From NCBI GenBank assembly GCA_010093605.1, contig MU004199.1:930001-994000 (forward strand): a DNA stretch of 64,000 nucleotides, read 5' to 3'. A model generated the notes under the pieces. That model worked only from the letters and a program-made list of their open reading frames with translations. It was not told the DNA's origin and made no database searches. Each line of letters begins with the position of its first letter. Position 1 is the first letter of the stretch. Made by a program: the position numbers and the translations under genes. The DNA is from Lophium mytilinum (taxonomy: Eukaryota). Positions 12,209 to 24,800 of the stretch are shown in pieces.

Positions 12209-14191
12209 CTAGTTCTTGAGTTCCTGACCGTTAACGCCGTTGGTATGAGCAGCTGCGCCATTAATGGAGGACTTCTCATCTCCATTTACGACCCTAGTCG
12301 AATGGAGAGGCTTTGCCATGTCTTCAACTTCGAGTCCGTCGAACAGAGGGAAAATACCGTGCGGAACATGGAAATCGTTGTGGACTATGGCGACTATCAG
12401 TATATGTCGTGGAGAAGAAGGGAAAATTGCGCCAAGAACTCACCAATGTTGACAAGATACCAAGTATCCATCAAGTCCTCCACAACGTAACGGGACGGGC
12501 TAACCGAGCTGTAGCAATTTGCCCAATCTTGACCAAGTCGGAAGAACTCGTCCTTCCAGGCGAGGAAGCTGACAGTCTCGACAATGGTAGGCTGTACAAT
12601 CTCTTTCCCGGGGAATACACCCCAGGTCACAGCATTTGGTCCATCTCCAGGTGCATTCGTCTTGAGGTCACCGGCCTTGTTGACAGCGTAATACGTCATA
12701 TCGGGATCTCGCTCGATTCTGGTGATCACCTCTGCAATATACTCCGGGGAGACAAAAACCTCGAGGTAGGCCTTCTGGTAGACGTATCCATTGTGAGGGC
12801 CCCATCCAAGGACAGGATCGGAAGATTTGATGCCATCCACAGCAGGCTGGGAGTTGATGGTAAGGAAACCTCGGGTATTGAGATTGATAAGATCTGTTTG
12901 AAGACTCTCGGCTTCCTTGGAGATTGGTGCTTCGCTCCAGGGTAAACTGTCGAGTTTCCCGCTCATGTAACGGACGAAGAGATTCGCAATATCCTTGACT
13001 GAGGTGGGGCTTCCCCAGAGCTTGATGTTCTGCTCATTGGTGCCCTTGAGACCGACACCATACGCATCAAGTTCGCCAAAAGCGGGAGAACGAGCGTCAC
13101 CCCAGCGACCGTTGGGGAATTCGTCCCAGTCCTGGGTTCTGGCAACGTAGGACCTGTTCCTGTTTCGCCAGAAGATTGGGCGTACATTCTCCTCTCGGCG
13201 GTTGAGTCCGAGAGATGGTCGCCATGGTAGAGGCTTATCAATTGGGGATGACATGTCGGGCATCAAGTCCAGTTCTTCTAGCACCATACGAGTGGTTTGA
13301 GCGAGGTTCATGGTGTAAAAGTGAAGATGAAGAATGCCGGCCTCGAGAAGCCGTCGACACATCTCTGCAATGAGAGTCTTCCCGACCTCTCGTACTTGGG
13401 CGTCATCGTTCTTGATTGGCTCTAGTGCTTTGGTCCATGCTGTCGGGATGTTGCATTTTGTCCACGTCGCTCGCCTCATGAAAGCGGCATGAGTGTGAAT
13501 TGGCATGATACCGGGGATAATAGGGATGGTCACACCCCTCGCTCGAACCTTGTCGACCCAGTCGAGGAAGATGTCAACGTCATAAAACATCTGAGTGACA
13601 ATGAAGGTAGCGCCGGCATCAACCTTTTCCTTCAGATGTTCTAGGAGAAGCTCGTGGTCGTCTTGGTCTTCACATCCTTCCGAGTACCCTGCGACTCCGA
13701 TATCGAAGTGGTTGCCGTAGGTGTCCCGAATGTATTTAACAAGGTCCTTTGCGTAGCGGAAACCACCAGCTGTGGCCTCCCACTTCTCTTTCTCGCGAGG
13801 AGGGTCTCCTCGTAGGGCGAGAATGTTTGTGCAACCTGCCTTGTATGCATCCTTCAGTGCCTCGTCAATCTTTGATTTTTCCATGTCTGTACATGTAAGG
13901 TGCATGCAAGTCTCGAGTCCGTAGACAGATTGGGCGACCTTGACCATCTCGCTCGTAAGGTGTGCCATGCGGCCGCCGGCGCCCCAGGTAATGTCGATGA
14001 AGGTAGGTCCGAAGCTGTGCATGCGGTCCATACGGTCGTAGAGATTTTGAACGCCCTGGTGATTTGAGTATTTGCTCCACTGACTGGTCGAGTGCTGGAC
14101 TTACCTGAGCTGTCTTCGGCGGGAAGAACTCGAATGAGAAGGTTGACTTGTTCTTCCGCCGCGACTGCTCCAGCATCTGAGAGATATGCAT
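12209..14191 (-). CDS. MET13: Methylenetetrahydrofolate reductase, MET13 type (exons 14191-14105, 14055-12444, 12384-12209)
   Basis: [50 protein letters not shown], and regulatory-domain motifs WDEFPNGRWGD and NAVTWGVFPGKEI. Confidence 0.95.
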
Positions 14192-14287
14192 TGTGAATGG
14201 AGAGAAACTTGAATTGTAGCAATGGGTATGTGAAGGAGAGTCGCCACGCTACTGAATGTTCTTGAGCAGACGTTAGCAATGATGGAG

Positions 14288-14294
14288 TGAGTCA
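14288..14294 (-). promoter_or_regulatory. Gcn4/CpcA-type element TGACTCA upstream of MET13
   Basis: Perfect TGAGTCA on + strand, ~100 bp upstream of the MET13 ATG; a single 7-mer can occur by chance. Confidence 0.4.
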
Positions 14295-14977
14295 CCAATT
14301 GGTTTCGAACCGTGGTTGAGTATCAATTCACCGGAGTCGGTGTCGTGTCAGCTTACCACAGGACTGGTATAGGGAAGAATCGTTCGTCCGCACTCCGCCG
14401 GGGTGTTTCCACTGCTGAGGGCTGCACGGTTCCGTGTGTGTGCCAGCGCCAGCTATCCAAAGTACCGCGCACGAGCCCAACGATCAGCAAGCTGCCGATG
14501 CATGTACCGCAAACACCGGTCCGAATATCGAGCGAACAGGCGGGTCTGGGGGATATGGGGGGATATGGGGGGGTTTGTGTTGTAGTGTTGGAGTGGAGAG
14601 ATTTCGGAGTTTGAATCGGAGGTCAAAGAATGACGCCGATCGGGCCGCTAAAGACGGGAAAAGTCCTGCAAAGTGTGGGGTGCGCTGGCCCTGTCGCCCA
14701 CGTCGAATAAACATGACAGCAATCTTTGGGCGTCCAGGGACCGCTTCAGCCATCAAGACTCATTGGCTCCCATGTTCAGTGTGCCTGGAATGACCCCGCC
14801 ATTCTCGCATTCGTGAAGAGCACGTGATCAGCCGGGATGCCAAAAACAGACTCCCGAATCCTCAACATCGTCACATTCAAACACCACAATTAAACCACAC
14901 AACGCATTGAACAACAGCAACGCATTGGTACAAGATCTGCTCAGCACTGTAATTTCCAGCCCGTCTAAATAAGCATA

Positions 14978-15748
14978 ATGACAACCGCCACCACTCCCTA
15001 CCGCCGCCTCGTTGGCGTCAGCCTCAAAATGTACTACGACCTGACCTCCACCCTCCGCTATGTCCAAGGCGTGCTCGAGCTCGACGGTCTCGCCTGGAAT
15101 TACCGCGTCGACCTCTTCGTCATTCCCGATTTCGTGTCCCTCGCCGACTCCGCGCGCATTCTCGAGCCCTCCTCTATAATCCTTGGCGCACAAGACTGCT
15201 TCTGGGAAGACTCCGGCGCATACACCGGCGAAGTCTCGGCTCGCACCCTCCAGCAAGTCGGCGCGCGCATTGTCGAAATCGGCCATGCAGAGCGACGCGC
15301 AATATTCAAAGAGACGGACGCGCAGGTTGCGCTGAAGGCGGGTGCGGCGGCGCGGAATGGGTTGATTCCGCTGGTGTGTATTGGGGAGCGGACGCATGGG
15401 AATATAGCATCAGCGGCGGTGGGAGCGGCGGTCGAGGAGTGTAGGACGCAGGTTGAGGCAGTTCTAGCCGCCGTGCCAGAGGAGGCTGAGGTGATTCTGG
15501 CGTATGAGCCGGTGTGGGCAATTGGAGCGAAAGAGCCTGCGGACGCAGATCATGTTGTTAACGTAACGAAAGAGGTTAGAGCGATGGCAAAGGGCAGGAA
15601 GGGGGTTACGAGGATAGTATATGGAGGTAGTGCGGGACCGGGGACGTTTGGGAAGATAAAGGACGGCGTGGATGGTTTGTTCCTAGGGAGGTTTGCGCAT
15701 GATATTCAGAATTTGAGGAAGGTCATTGAAGAGATTGGTGAGTCGTAA
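14978..15748 (+). CDS. Atypical triosephosphate-isomerase-family protein (probably not the glycolytic TPI)
   Basis: GVSLKMY in place of GNWK, plus GAYTGEVS, EIGHAERR, AYEPVWAIG, YGGSAGPG and GLFLGRFAH; intronless. Confidence 0.88.
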   Translation: MTTATTPYRRLVGVSLKMYYDLTSTLRYVQGVLELDGLAWNYRVDLFVIPDFVSLADSARILEPSSIILGAQDCFWEDSGAYTGEVSARTLQQVGARIVEIGHAERRAIFKETDAQVALKAGAAARNGLIPLVCIGERTHGNIASAAVGAAVEECRTQVEAVLAAVPEEAEVILAYEPVWAIGAKEPADADHVVNVTKEVRAMAKGRKGVTRIVYGGSAGPGTFGKIKDGVDGLFLGRFAHDIQNLRKVIEEIGES

Positions 15749-15857
15749 TCGATATTAGTAAGTTGAAAAGTGCTTTGAATTTGACTGGCGTACGTTGTTT
15801 TCATGTGTATATGTAAGTAAGTAGGTAGGCAAGTATGTTCCAGGTTGTCTCAAATGC

Positions 15858-18800
15858 TCTCACCAATCAAACGGACCCCAACAGGAAAGTGTTCACGACA
15901 CTCTCTGCCAAGAGTTGCCAGGAAGAGAAACTCCGCAACTTCGTTCTGCCGTCGCCGAGAAAAGATATTTCCACGATCTCGAGCCCACCGCACCCTTTTA
16001 ATAGATAGCTCCACAACCACACCCCGGACCAGGAATCTGACACCGGGAGGTGATTCGCACGGTTTACTACTATTTTTAAGGGGCTTTTTAGGGGTTCGTC
16101 ACCTCAGCTCGTTGACATAGAGGGGGGTCTACAGGACTCCACACTTTTTAAGCTCTTTACAGCTGCCAAGAGTTGCCCAAAGAGGTAGTCCGCGATTTCG
16201 TTCCGCCGCCGCCGCTAGATAGATTCTCGTGGGTTTAAGCGTCCTGTACCCTTTTCAACGTATAGCTCTATAAGTAGGATAAGCCTAATTATTACCCCCC
16301 TTTTTACTATATATTACCCCCCTTTTTACTCTATATTACCCCCCCTACTTTTAACTAGCTCCGGGCCCGTATTTATATTATTCTACTAATTAAACTTACT
16401 TATTTAACTTTATAGAAGGCTGCGTAAAATAGTAAGTATATATTATAAAATAGAAAGACTATAGTATACTAGCTATTAGAAGTCTATTTACTCTATCTAT
16501 TAAAGCTAGTCTAGAAGCGGAAGGTACCTAGATAGCTACTATTTAATTACTAGCTAAAAGAAATACTAACTAGGCCTATATACTATAGCCTTATACCTAA
16601 ATATTCTCTAGTTTCTTTACTATAGGTAGCTTCTTTCTTAGGTATAGATATAGGGGTATTTTTAGGGCCTAGTTAGCTATTAGGGACTAAGAAAATTAAG
16701 CCCTAAGTAGCTATTAGAGTATCTATCTATCTAGTAGAGTAATTTAGCGCTATATTTATAAACTATATAGAATTATTTAATACCTAGATAGTCTACTTAA
16801 TCTCTAGCGTGCCTATAGAGACGCCTATTATAGTAATTTAGCTACTCTATATTCTAATCTATATTAATTAAGTTAATTTCTATCTACTTATAATACTTAC
16901 TACTTATTTTATATAAGTAGTAGCCTTTTAAGCTTACTAAAGATATAATATTCCTCTATATAATTCTAGCCCTCTACTATATTATTATACGCGCTAAGCT
17001 ATACTTACTAGATTCTATTAAGTATTATATTTAAATTAAGATAGATTATACTAAGTTATATTTATAGGTATATAAATATAGCTATAGCTATAGCTACGCG
17101 TAGTTTAATAAGATATAGTAGAGCCTATTAGCCGCCCTTTATAGCGTAGTATAATAGCTAGAGCCTTAATAAAAAGAAGAGAATCTATAGATAAATCTAT
17201 CTTATTTAGAATAGGCTACTTAAACTACTAGTACTAATAAATATCCTCTAGAATAACTATATATATAGAGGTTATAGTAGTATATAGTTTTTAGTATATT
17301 TTATAATAGTATAGTATACTATATATCCCCCTAAATATCCCGTTATATACTAGGTTAAAATTATTAGCTTTTACCTTCTTAATCTAGCTAGTAAGTAGCT
17401 TTAGGCTCTACTTAGTAACCTTCTAAAGAACCTTATTAAACTTAGAAATCTAAATACTATACTATAGAGCTCTATACTAGTAGCTAAGCTTATTCTTTAG
17501 CTCTATACTCTAGTAGTAAATATATTAAGAGAGAAGAGTAATAATATTATAGAGGTTACTAGTTAAGATCTAAAGATAGAACTTAATACTACTATTTAAG
17601 CCCTCTAGGCGTAAGATTATAGTATTTCTAAAGTATAGTAGAAAAGTAGTATAGTACTTAGTAATCTACTATTAAAAAGGCTACTACTCTTTAGTAAGGT
17701 AATTAACTAGATCTTATTTATATATATAGTTTTCTTCTATCTTCTTCTAGATAGCTTTAAACGCGAGCCTTATAGGTTTTATAAGGTAGAAATTAAACTT
17801 ATTAATAAACTTCTTTCTATTTCTCTAAATAGCTTCTATCTTAGCTACTATTAAATCTTAAGAGGTATATACTAGAGCTTATATATTAATAGTATTAGTT
17901 ACTTTCTACTTATCTACCTTCTAAATAGCTATAGTCTTACTAGTAATATTCTTTTATATGTGCTATTTATATAGAATTTAAGAAATAGTAGAAAAGAACT
18001 TAGCTAGTATATTTTTAAGTATAAGCTCTTTATCTATAATAAAAACGCCTAGTAAAACTCCTAGGCGCTAGTATATTAGGTAAAGCTATTATACTATAAA
18101 GATATAGTTCTTTTCTTCTTCTTCTAGAAGGAAATAATAGCTAAGCTTATAGTTCTTACCCTAATTATTAATACTATTAATATAGAGGAGCGGCATCTTA
18201 AAGTAATTAGTTTTATAGGTATAATTAAGAAGAATAATATCTAGATAGTATTAAAATATCTTAATACTCTAAGAATATATAAAGTATAAGTACTTAACTT
18301 AGTTTACTTTATCTAGCTTATATTTATAGTAGTAATAAGTATCTAGGTTATTACTACTATATTTCTTAAGTACCTTAAGTATAGCCTAAGTTAAAGTAAG
18401 GCTCTAGAGCTTTATTTTCTTCTACTATATATGCTTATTATAGAGGTTCTTTATAGTTATATCTTTACTTTTAGCTAAGAGGTTATTAAAGATAGCTTCT
18501 ATAGGCGTGCCTCTATTAAGCTAATTATAGATAGTTTAAATAGTTTTTTTATTAAGATCTTAATATATAGCTAGAGTTCTATTCTTAGTATTATACGCCT
18601 TATAATTATAAGCTAAAACCTTAATTTTAAAGAGCTAATTATCTTATAGTAGGTCTCTTATAAAGGCCTCTTTTATAAGGTAATTAGACTTCTTTAAATA
18701 GGTTAGGCGCTTTCTATTAGCTAGCTTATATTCTTCTATATATTTATATTAAACTATTACCTTATATATCTAGAGAGGTATATACTTATCTATTTTTTTA

Positions 18801-19290
18801 TTATATTTAATAATTATATAGCCTTTCTACTTTATCTATATATTAATAGACTTTATACCTTCCTCTATAGAGGCGTAGAGGCCCTAGAGGGGCAGCTATA
18901 GAGGTATAGTAATAAAGTAATAAAGTAGAGAAAGTAGTATTAATATATTAAGAGAGAGAATATATAGATAATTAAATTTAAATTAAGTATAAGAGGGCTA
19001 AGTAAGTAAGTTTAATTAGTAGAATAATATAAATACGGGCCCGGAGCTAGTTAAAAGTAGAGGGGGTAATATAGAGTGAAAAGGGGGGTAATATATAGTA
19101 AAAAGGGGGGTGATAGTTAGGCTCGTCCTATAAGTATGCATTACACCACAGATCTAACAATAAAGGGCACTTCCTTAGCTAGGAAGTATGATTAAGGGTA
19201 TCTTGGAGAAGTGATTGCTCTATTTTGTTGCATTAGAGGGGTTCCTACAGCGCTCTACACCTTTCAAGTCCTCTCCAGCCACTATAACCA
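15858..19290 (-). pseudogene. Decayed tandem-repeat-protein gene (~258-bp units) split by the MULE insertion
   Basis: 15905-16015 aligns with 16163-16273, and 16113-16165 with 19228-19282; minus-strand translations RRRQNEVAEFLF / RRRRNEIADYLF; several stops and frameshifts. Confidence 0.5.
16277..19128 (-). mobile_element. RIP-inactivated Mutator-like (MULE) DNA transposon, 2.85 kb
   Basis: ~125-bp terminal inverted repeats (16277-~16402 / ~19003-19128); TATAAGTA duplicated at 16269-16276 and 19129-19136; minus-strand LLNYTYKTNYFKMPLL at ~18185-18235 is a RIPed form of the MULE DxTYKTN..MPL motif. Confidence 0.9.
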
Positions 19291-21031
19291 GCAAGAATCG
19301 GGACGAATACAGGACATGTGCGAAATGCATATCGATTGCGAGTTATGCCCCCTATGCGCGGCAGCAGAGTCCAGGGGGTAGCTAGTCTTAAGTAGACCAA
19401 CTCCAACTCCTCAGCCTTCGTCCCACAATTTCTAAGCCCAACATTACATCTGACATATGCATATATTTAAAGGCTACACTAACTAGGATCCCAGGGTTTC
19501 AGGCGTTCACACAGCTAACCGCCTTAAATAGTCTCCACATGAAGCGAGTAACTGACTGGCCATGCTCACTAAACACTCCCGGGACCAACCCAACGGCTCA
19601 CGTTCTAGGCACTGTCTCGTACGTACTGGTACTCACCAAGCTACTCGCTGGGCAATTTCTACAGTACCCTGCCCTTTTGGCGCAGAGAGTTCAATCTCAG
19701 GAACGGCAAAGCGATCTCAGCAAACACCACCAGGACCACCCCAATCACGCACGCTGCAGTCTCAAGCCTGCATTAGCACCCACCTAGCTGCTCGGCGATT
19801 CCACCAGCGCCCTTCCATGCACGTCCCAATCCAGGAACAGAATCGTTCCCTGGCCCAACCCCAGTCCGTCTCTCTACCCACGCCCACGGAGTCTAGCCCT
19901 ACCTCGCCTCGACACTCACTCCCCAAACGGCTGGCGAGCCAAGTCCGCAATTCGCAATCCCGTATCTCAAACGCCTACCCGCCCGTGTCTCAACGCTTCA
20001 CGAACAACTCATCTCCGCACATCAACCGTATTCACCTGGCACATCCTAATCTCAACCCCCTTCTCCCTCTTCATCCCCTGGCCTCACCGCACCATCATCT
20101 CCGAACCGCAGAACACCACCAATCTGCATCCCCATCAAACCCTGACCCTTATTCCCGTGGGTGGGCGTTCTCCAATACAATCTAAAAATACCCCCATCCC
20201 CTTACCGACCCCCCGTCTCACTCCACTCCACCACACCCCATGATCCCACACACCCCGTATTCGCTGCCCCATCCCCTTCGTCACACAACACACCATCTAG
20301 ACGTTGCCCGGCACACTGCATAAACAGTCTCCTTCGCTGCATGCACGCGATGCGCCTCCTCGTCATCCCTTTCCCGCGATCCCGCACCGCGTGTCGCCCC
20401 ATCGCATCGCCACGGCGCGTGTCCGTGCCGGCTACCCGGCGGCGGCGGCGGCGGCGCGCGCTGCAGCTGTTGCGGGTGCGCTCAGCCTTGTGGGATGGAG
20501 GGGGCAGGTGGTGCCTGGGTGAGGCTGGTGGGAGATAGCCCGCCCACCCAGGGATCAGTGAGGGAGTCTGGGGGAGGTGGGGATAGGGATGGTCCCAGTC
20601 TCCATTTGCCAATGCTACTAGCGGCTATCATTGCTTCTGTGAGGGTTTCAGGAGTCTGGGGGTTGCGGTTGAGCGCAGTGGTGGTGGATTGAGCGATGGT
20701 AAAACGGGTCACGTGAAAACAGGTGAGAGAGGTTATGATCATAAGGTAGCAAACACCAAATTATTTGTTGTCTCTAGCTACATCGCAAACTCATAGATCA
20801 AGTTCGTGAGAGATCAAAGCCCGTAGGCGGCCGTCGAGGAAACGGTTCTGGGAGGCCGCGGAAGTCGCCCAACCTCAGATAACCCCCCTATCCCTCCCGA
20901 ACACCCAAAACACCCGCTGAAATCCCTCATTAAAAGTGATGACAATCAGAAGACCCCCCATCCCCCCTTTTCGCTTCGCTTCGCAAAACAGGGACAGAAC
21001 AACAAAGACACGAAAGCATGAAAACATGTCG

Positions 21032-21883
21032 TCAAGTCTCACTCTTTACCCGTACCTCCCCGTGCAATATATCCAGCAACTTCCGCAGCGTGTCCGCATT
21101 ACTCGGCTTCCGTTGCTGTTGCTGCTGGGCGCTCGGCGTCCCCCTCTCGCTCTCCGCGTCAACACTACTCTCCCCATCGTCGGCGGTCAGCAGCTCGATC
21201 GTCTTGCGCAGCTTGTCGTACGCCGCGTTCAGCTCCCCGTGCGACGACTCCAGGTGCCGGTACTTGTCCGTCAGCACGGCGAGCTGCGCTTCGAGGTCTT
21301 TGGCGTGCTTCTCCTTGCGCTCGCGGAAGGCGCGTTGCGCGGCGCGGTTTTGGGCGCGGCGGCGCTGGAGATGGGTCAGCTGATGTAGCTCGGTTGGGTC
21401 ATGTGATGGGGGACTTACTCCGCTGGTCGTGTGGGTGCGTTCGGCGGGTTGGGGCGGGGGGTAGCTGAGCTCGGTCTGCCGCGGCCGCGGACTGCAGTAG
21501 GGGCTCTCGTCCGCGCTGCCGAAGTCTGAGGGCGTCATAGGGAGTTGGTAGGAGAAGTTGAGCTCGTCGGCCATGTGGGGGTATTGTTGTTGGTAGAGTT
21601 GGTGGGGGTGCGGTTGCGGGATGGAGTCGAAGGTTGCCGAGACCTTTTCGGGGTACTGTTAGGATCGTTGGTTTGTGTTTTTTTGTAGAGAGATGGGTTC
21701 TCGGGGTGAGAAGGAGGTGGGGATTGAGGTTTAGGGGGGAATTGGGGGAAGAGGGATGCTTACGGGTGAGTTGCTTAGGCTGGGGACTTGCGAGAGGTCT
21801 GCGGGGAGCTCGAAGACTTGCGTTTGGTGCGGGGGGAGGTAGTTCCCTTGCGCTAGCCAATAGTCGAATGATTGGGAGTCCAT
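21032..21883 (-). CDS. bZIP transcription factor (Yap/AP-1-like basic region), probably 3 exons
   Basis: RRRAQNRAAQRAFRERKEKH followed by a leucine zipper; first exon MDSQSFDYWLAQ... ends at a GTAAGC donor; a second intron precedes the basic region. Confidence 0.88.
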
Positions 21884-24800
21884 TGTGAGGTTTGGAGGTT
21901 GTGGAAGGGTGAGGTGAGGATGAGGAAGCAGAGCGGTGAAGAAACGTGGTTTCAACAAGTAGTGGAAATTGTCAAGAGCAGATCAGTAATTGGTATCCGG
22001 ATCAGTAATGGCAAGGCTATTTGTGGTAGGGCTGCTAGTGTTGCACTGTGGATAGATGTTGGGTGAGAGGACAAAGGGCTGATTGTAGGTGGTCAAGTCA
22101 AAAGAAGAGGCCGCGATCGATCTGAGGGACGGGCTCGATCTTATACAGCGTCAGACGGTGCTCCGGGCGTGAATGGCGGAATGTTCCCTCTGGTCGCGTT
22201 GACGGGGCTTGATGCAGGCGGGACATGGGTGCAGCAGGCCAGGGAAAGCTTAAGGGCGGCATCAACGACGCCGCTCTACCTTTCTGAGCCCTGCAGCGGG
22301 CGTGCCCTGGCTCTGCGCAAGCTCGGCGCGCTGGCGGACCCTCGGGGATAAAACGGTGGTGTTTATTCTTGTGACTGGGGCGCGCCAGCCTGAGTGGCCA
22401 GCGAGTGGTCAGTGAATGGCTCCCTGTGCCGCAACCATGCACCTCACAACGCTACACCCAACGTGGTATCTGATAAAATCGATCGCGCCATGCCGCATGA
22501 AGGCTCGTCTGCATCCCGTTAGTCAGTTGAGGGCAGATGAGTAACGCACAGACAGCGCAGTGACCGGCTTCGAGAAGCATCAATTGCCCGTTGCAGGCGG
22601 TAGGGCTGAAGGCCAGCCTGACAAGCATGGAAACAGCCCTGCGCTCACCACCATGCTATTCTCGCACCACTACGCAGCTATTCGCAAGAGACACCCGCAT
22701 TAGTCCCCCGGAGCCCTTTCGTGTAATCTGGAGAAGCCGCCACGAACTGTCTGCCCGCCCAAGCAGCCGTCGCGATACTTTCCGTCACCGCCCGCCTATC
22801 CTCCACTCAAGCACATCACCCCTCATGCGTCTTTTGGTCCCTCACAGCCCGGGACACGCGGCCGCAGACAAAGAGCTCAACAGGTTTCGACGTTACGCCC
22901 ACACGCCCGTCAGCTCCGGGTCGGTGGAGGATCAAGTTGCCTGTTGTCGTTACCGCCGAAAACTCTTTGTCGACAGCTGAAGCGTCCCCGCGACCGTTAC
23001 TCGCCGCCGACGCGGTGAAGCTGCGGCAGCCCGTGCGCGGCTTGAGAGCTGCAGCCACAGCATCCAAAATAGAAACCGTATCAGCGGCGCTTCTCGCTTC
23101 TCCGCGCGCTGAACCATTTAAATAGGCATTTGCCGTCACGCCAAACGCCGTTTGAGCTCGCAGTCTCGGTAGGCTAGCATTCGCGAAGACACGGTGCCAT
23201 CGAGGGGAATGGCCACCTCCTGAGCTGCTCAAGAGACGGGATAGCACCAGCGCAATGATTGGTCGACACGAGCCAAAACGCCAGACGGCAGCGGTGCAGG
23301 CTCGGAAACACCGCGTGCTCCGTCCCTACGGCGAGGACGTTCGAGTCGAGTGAAGGCGTGTGGGACGGCGTGTCGGACGGCATGCCGGATCCGGAGTACC
23401 GGGTACTCGAGGCTGGAAATAACTTTAAGAACAGCTGATGCCCGTCCTCCCTCCGCCGCTGCTGTTCTCGTCGTCTTAATCTCACTCGATCTGCCTCTGT
23501 GCCGTTGTCTAGCGCAACCCGAACAGCGCGAAGGCTCAAGACCCCGTCTGAAGTTGCCCGACGTGCCCATCTCTCCCCAACGCCCGCCGATCGGCCCGAA
23601 GGATTCGGGACGGCTGCATGGTGTTTTTCTGGAGCAGCCAAGCACAGGGCGCACTACCGCACCCGTCAAATGGCTAGCGCTGCCGGGGCCGAGGGTCGGG
23701 GAGAGTAGACCTGCTCTACTCGTCTTATGCGGCATCTGATAGTAACCTTAACACGCCTTTAGACATGCCGCTATCTGCCTCGCTCCCATGGTCAACGCTT
23801 AGCCCTGCCCTCGTGGGTCTTAGCTTGTACGACTCGCTCCTTGCTCTTGGCCTACTCGGGCCGGGGTGCTGTCTCGTGCAGGACCGGACAGGAAATCTAC
23901 TGCATTCGCCCACCTATTAATATAGCAGGCCTGGTTAACTTTCACCCAAAGCAGTATCCCACTATCCCCATCTCTATCCCATCGTCGACACACCGCGTTC
24001 CGTGTCACTACTCGTCTAACCCTACGGTAACGCACCAGCGTGATCCTTCCCACGACCAGCCCTAATCCTTCCCGCCCTGTGGATGTGGAGAATCGCTTCT
24101 CGCGTGCAGATCAGGGTCTCGGGAAGAGTGGGTTTCACTGGCCGCCTGAATGAACGCTTGCGATACCGGCACCTCGGCTTTATTTTTTTCGACGCCGTGC
24201 TCTATGCGAGTTTCAAAGCCGACCGCCCTCGACTCGTTCTCAATCTCGTCGTCAAATATAGATCACTAGCGAGCAGCTACTGTACGCATCTTCCACGTCT
24301 ACCAAAGCGCTATGGCTACGTCATGGCAGGAAATAGCATCGGATCCCGGCAACGTCTCCCGCTGTTTTGCTGCAATCATCAGGCCACCGCGCGATGTGGC
24401 GCCTCAACGACTCCTCGGAAATCCCCAGTATCCAGCGACGCCGTGATAGGCTAGCCTTATGGGAATCAACCCCGCTCCCGAGGTCGTTGTGGTTGCACTA
24501 TCCCGCCGTGGACCCTCTATCATATCATTAGGCTAACTAATCACCTCAGCCTTAACTAGTATCGCCTTCATGTGGTGTTTAGCTGCTCTGTCCATCACGC
24601 AGCCTGATTAGGCCCTTGGTCGCAAGGTCAACACTGTATACGCTTGCATACGCTTGCATTTCTTTACATTTCATCGCATTGCTAGTTCCGCGACACGCGC
24701 GACTAGATTATCACCGTCTCCATCTAGGACCGCAGATACGCATTCAGCATATAATAACCCCCAGAACCCTTGACCGCAGACACGCATGCATGCATGCCAG

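Noticed and set aside
12164..12945. Plus-strand ORFs antisense to MET13, and similar antisense ORFs over other genes
   Set aside because: Shadow frames of well-supported genes on the opposite strand
16275..19130. Tc1/mariner assignment because TA flanks both TIRs
   Set aside because: The TYKTN..MPL motif, long TIRs and 8-9-bp duplication indicate a MULE
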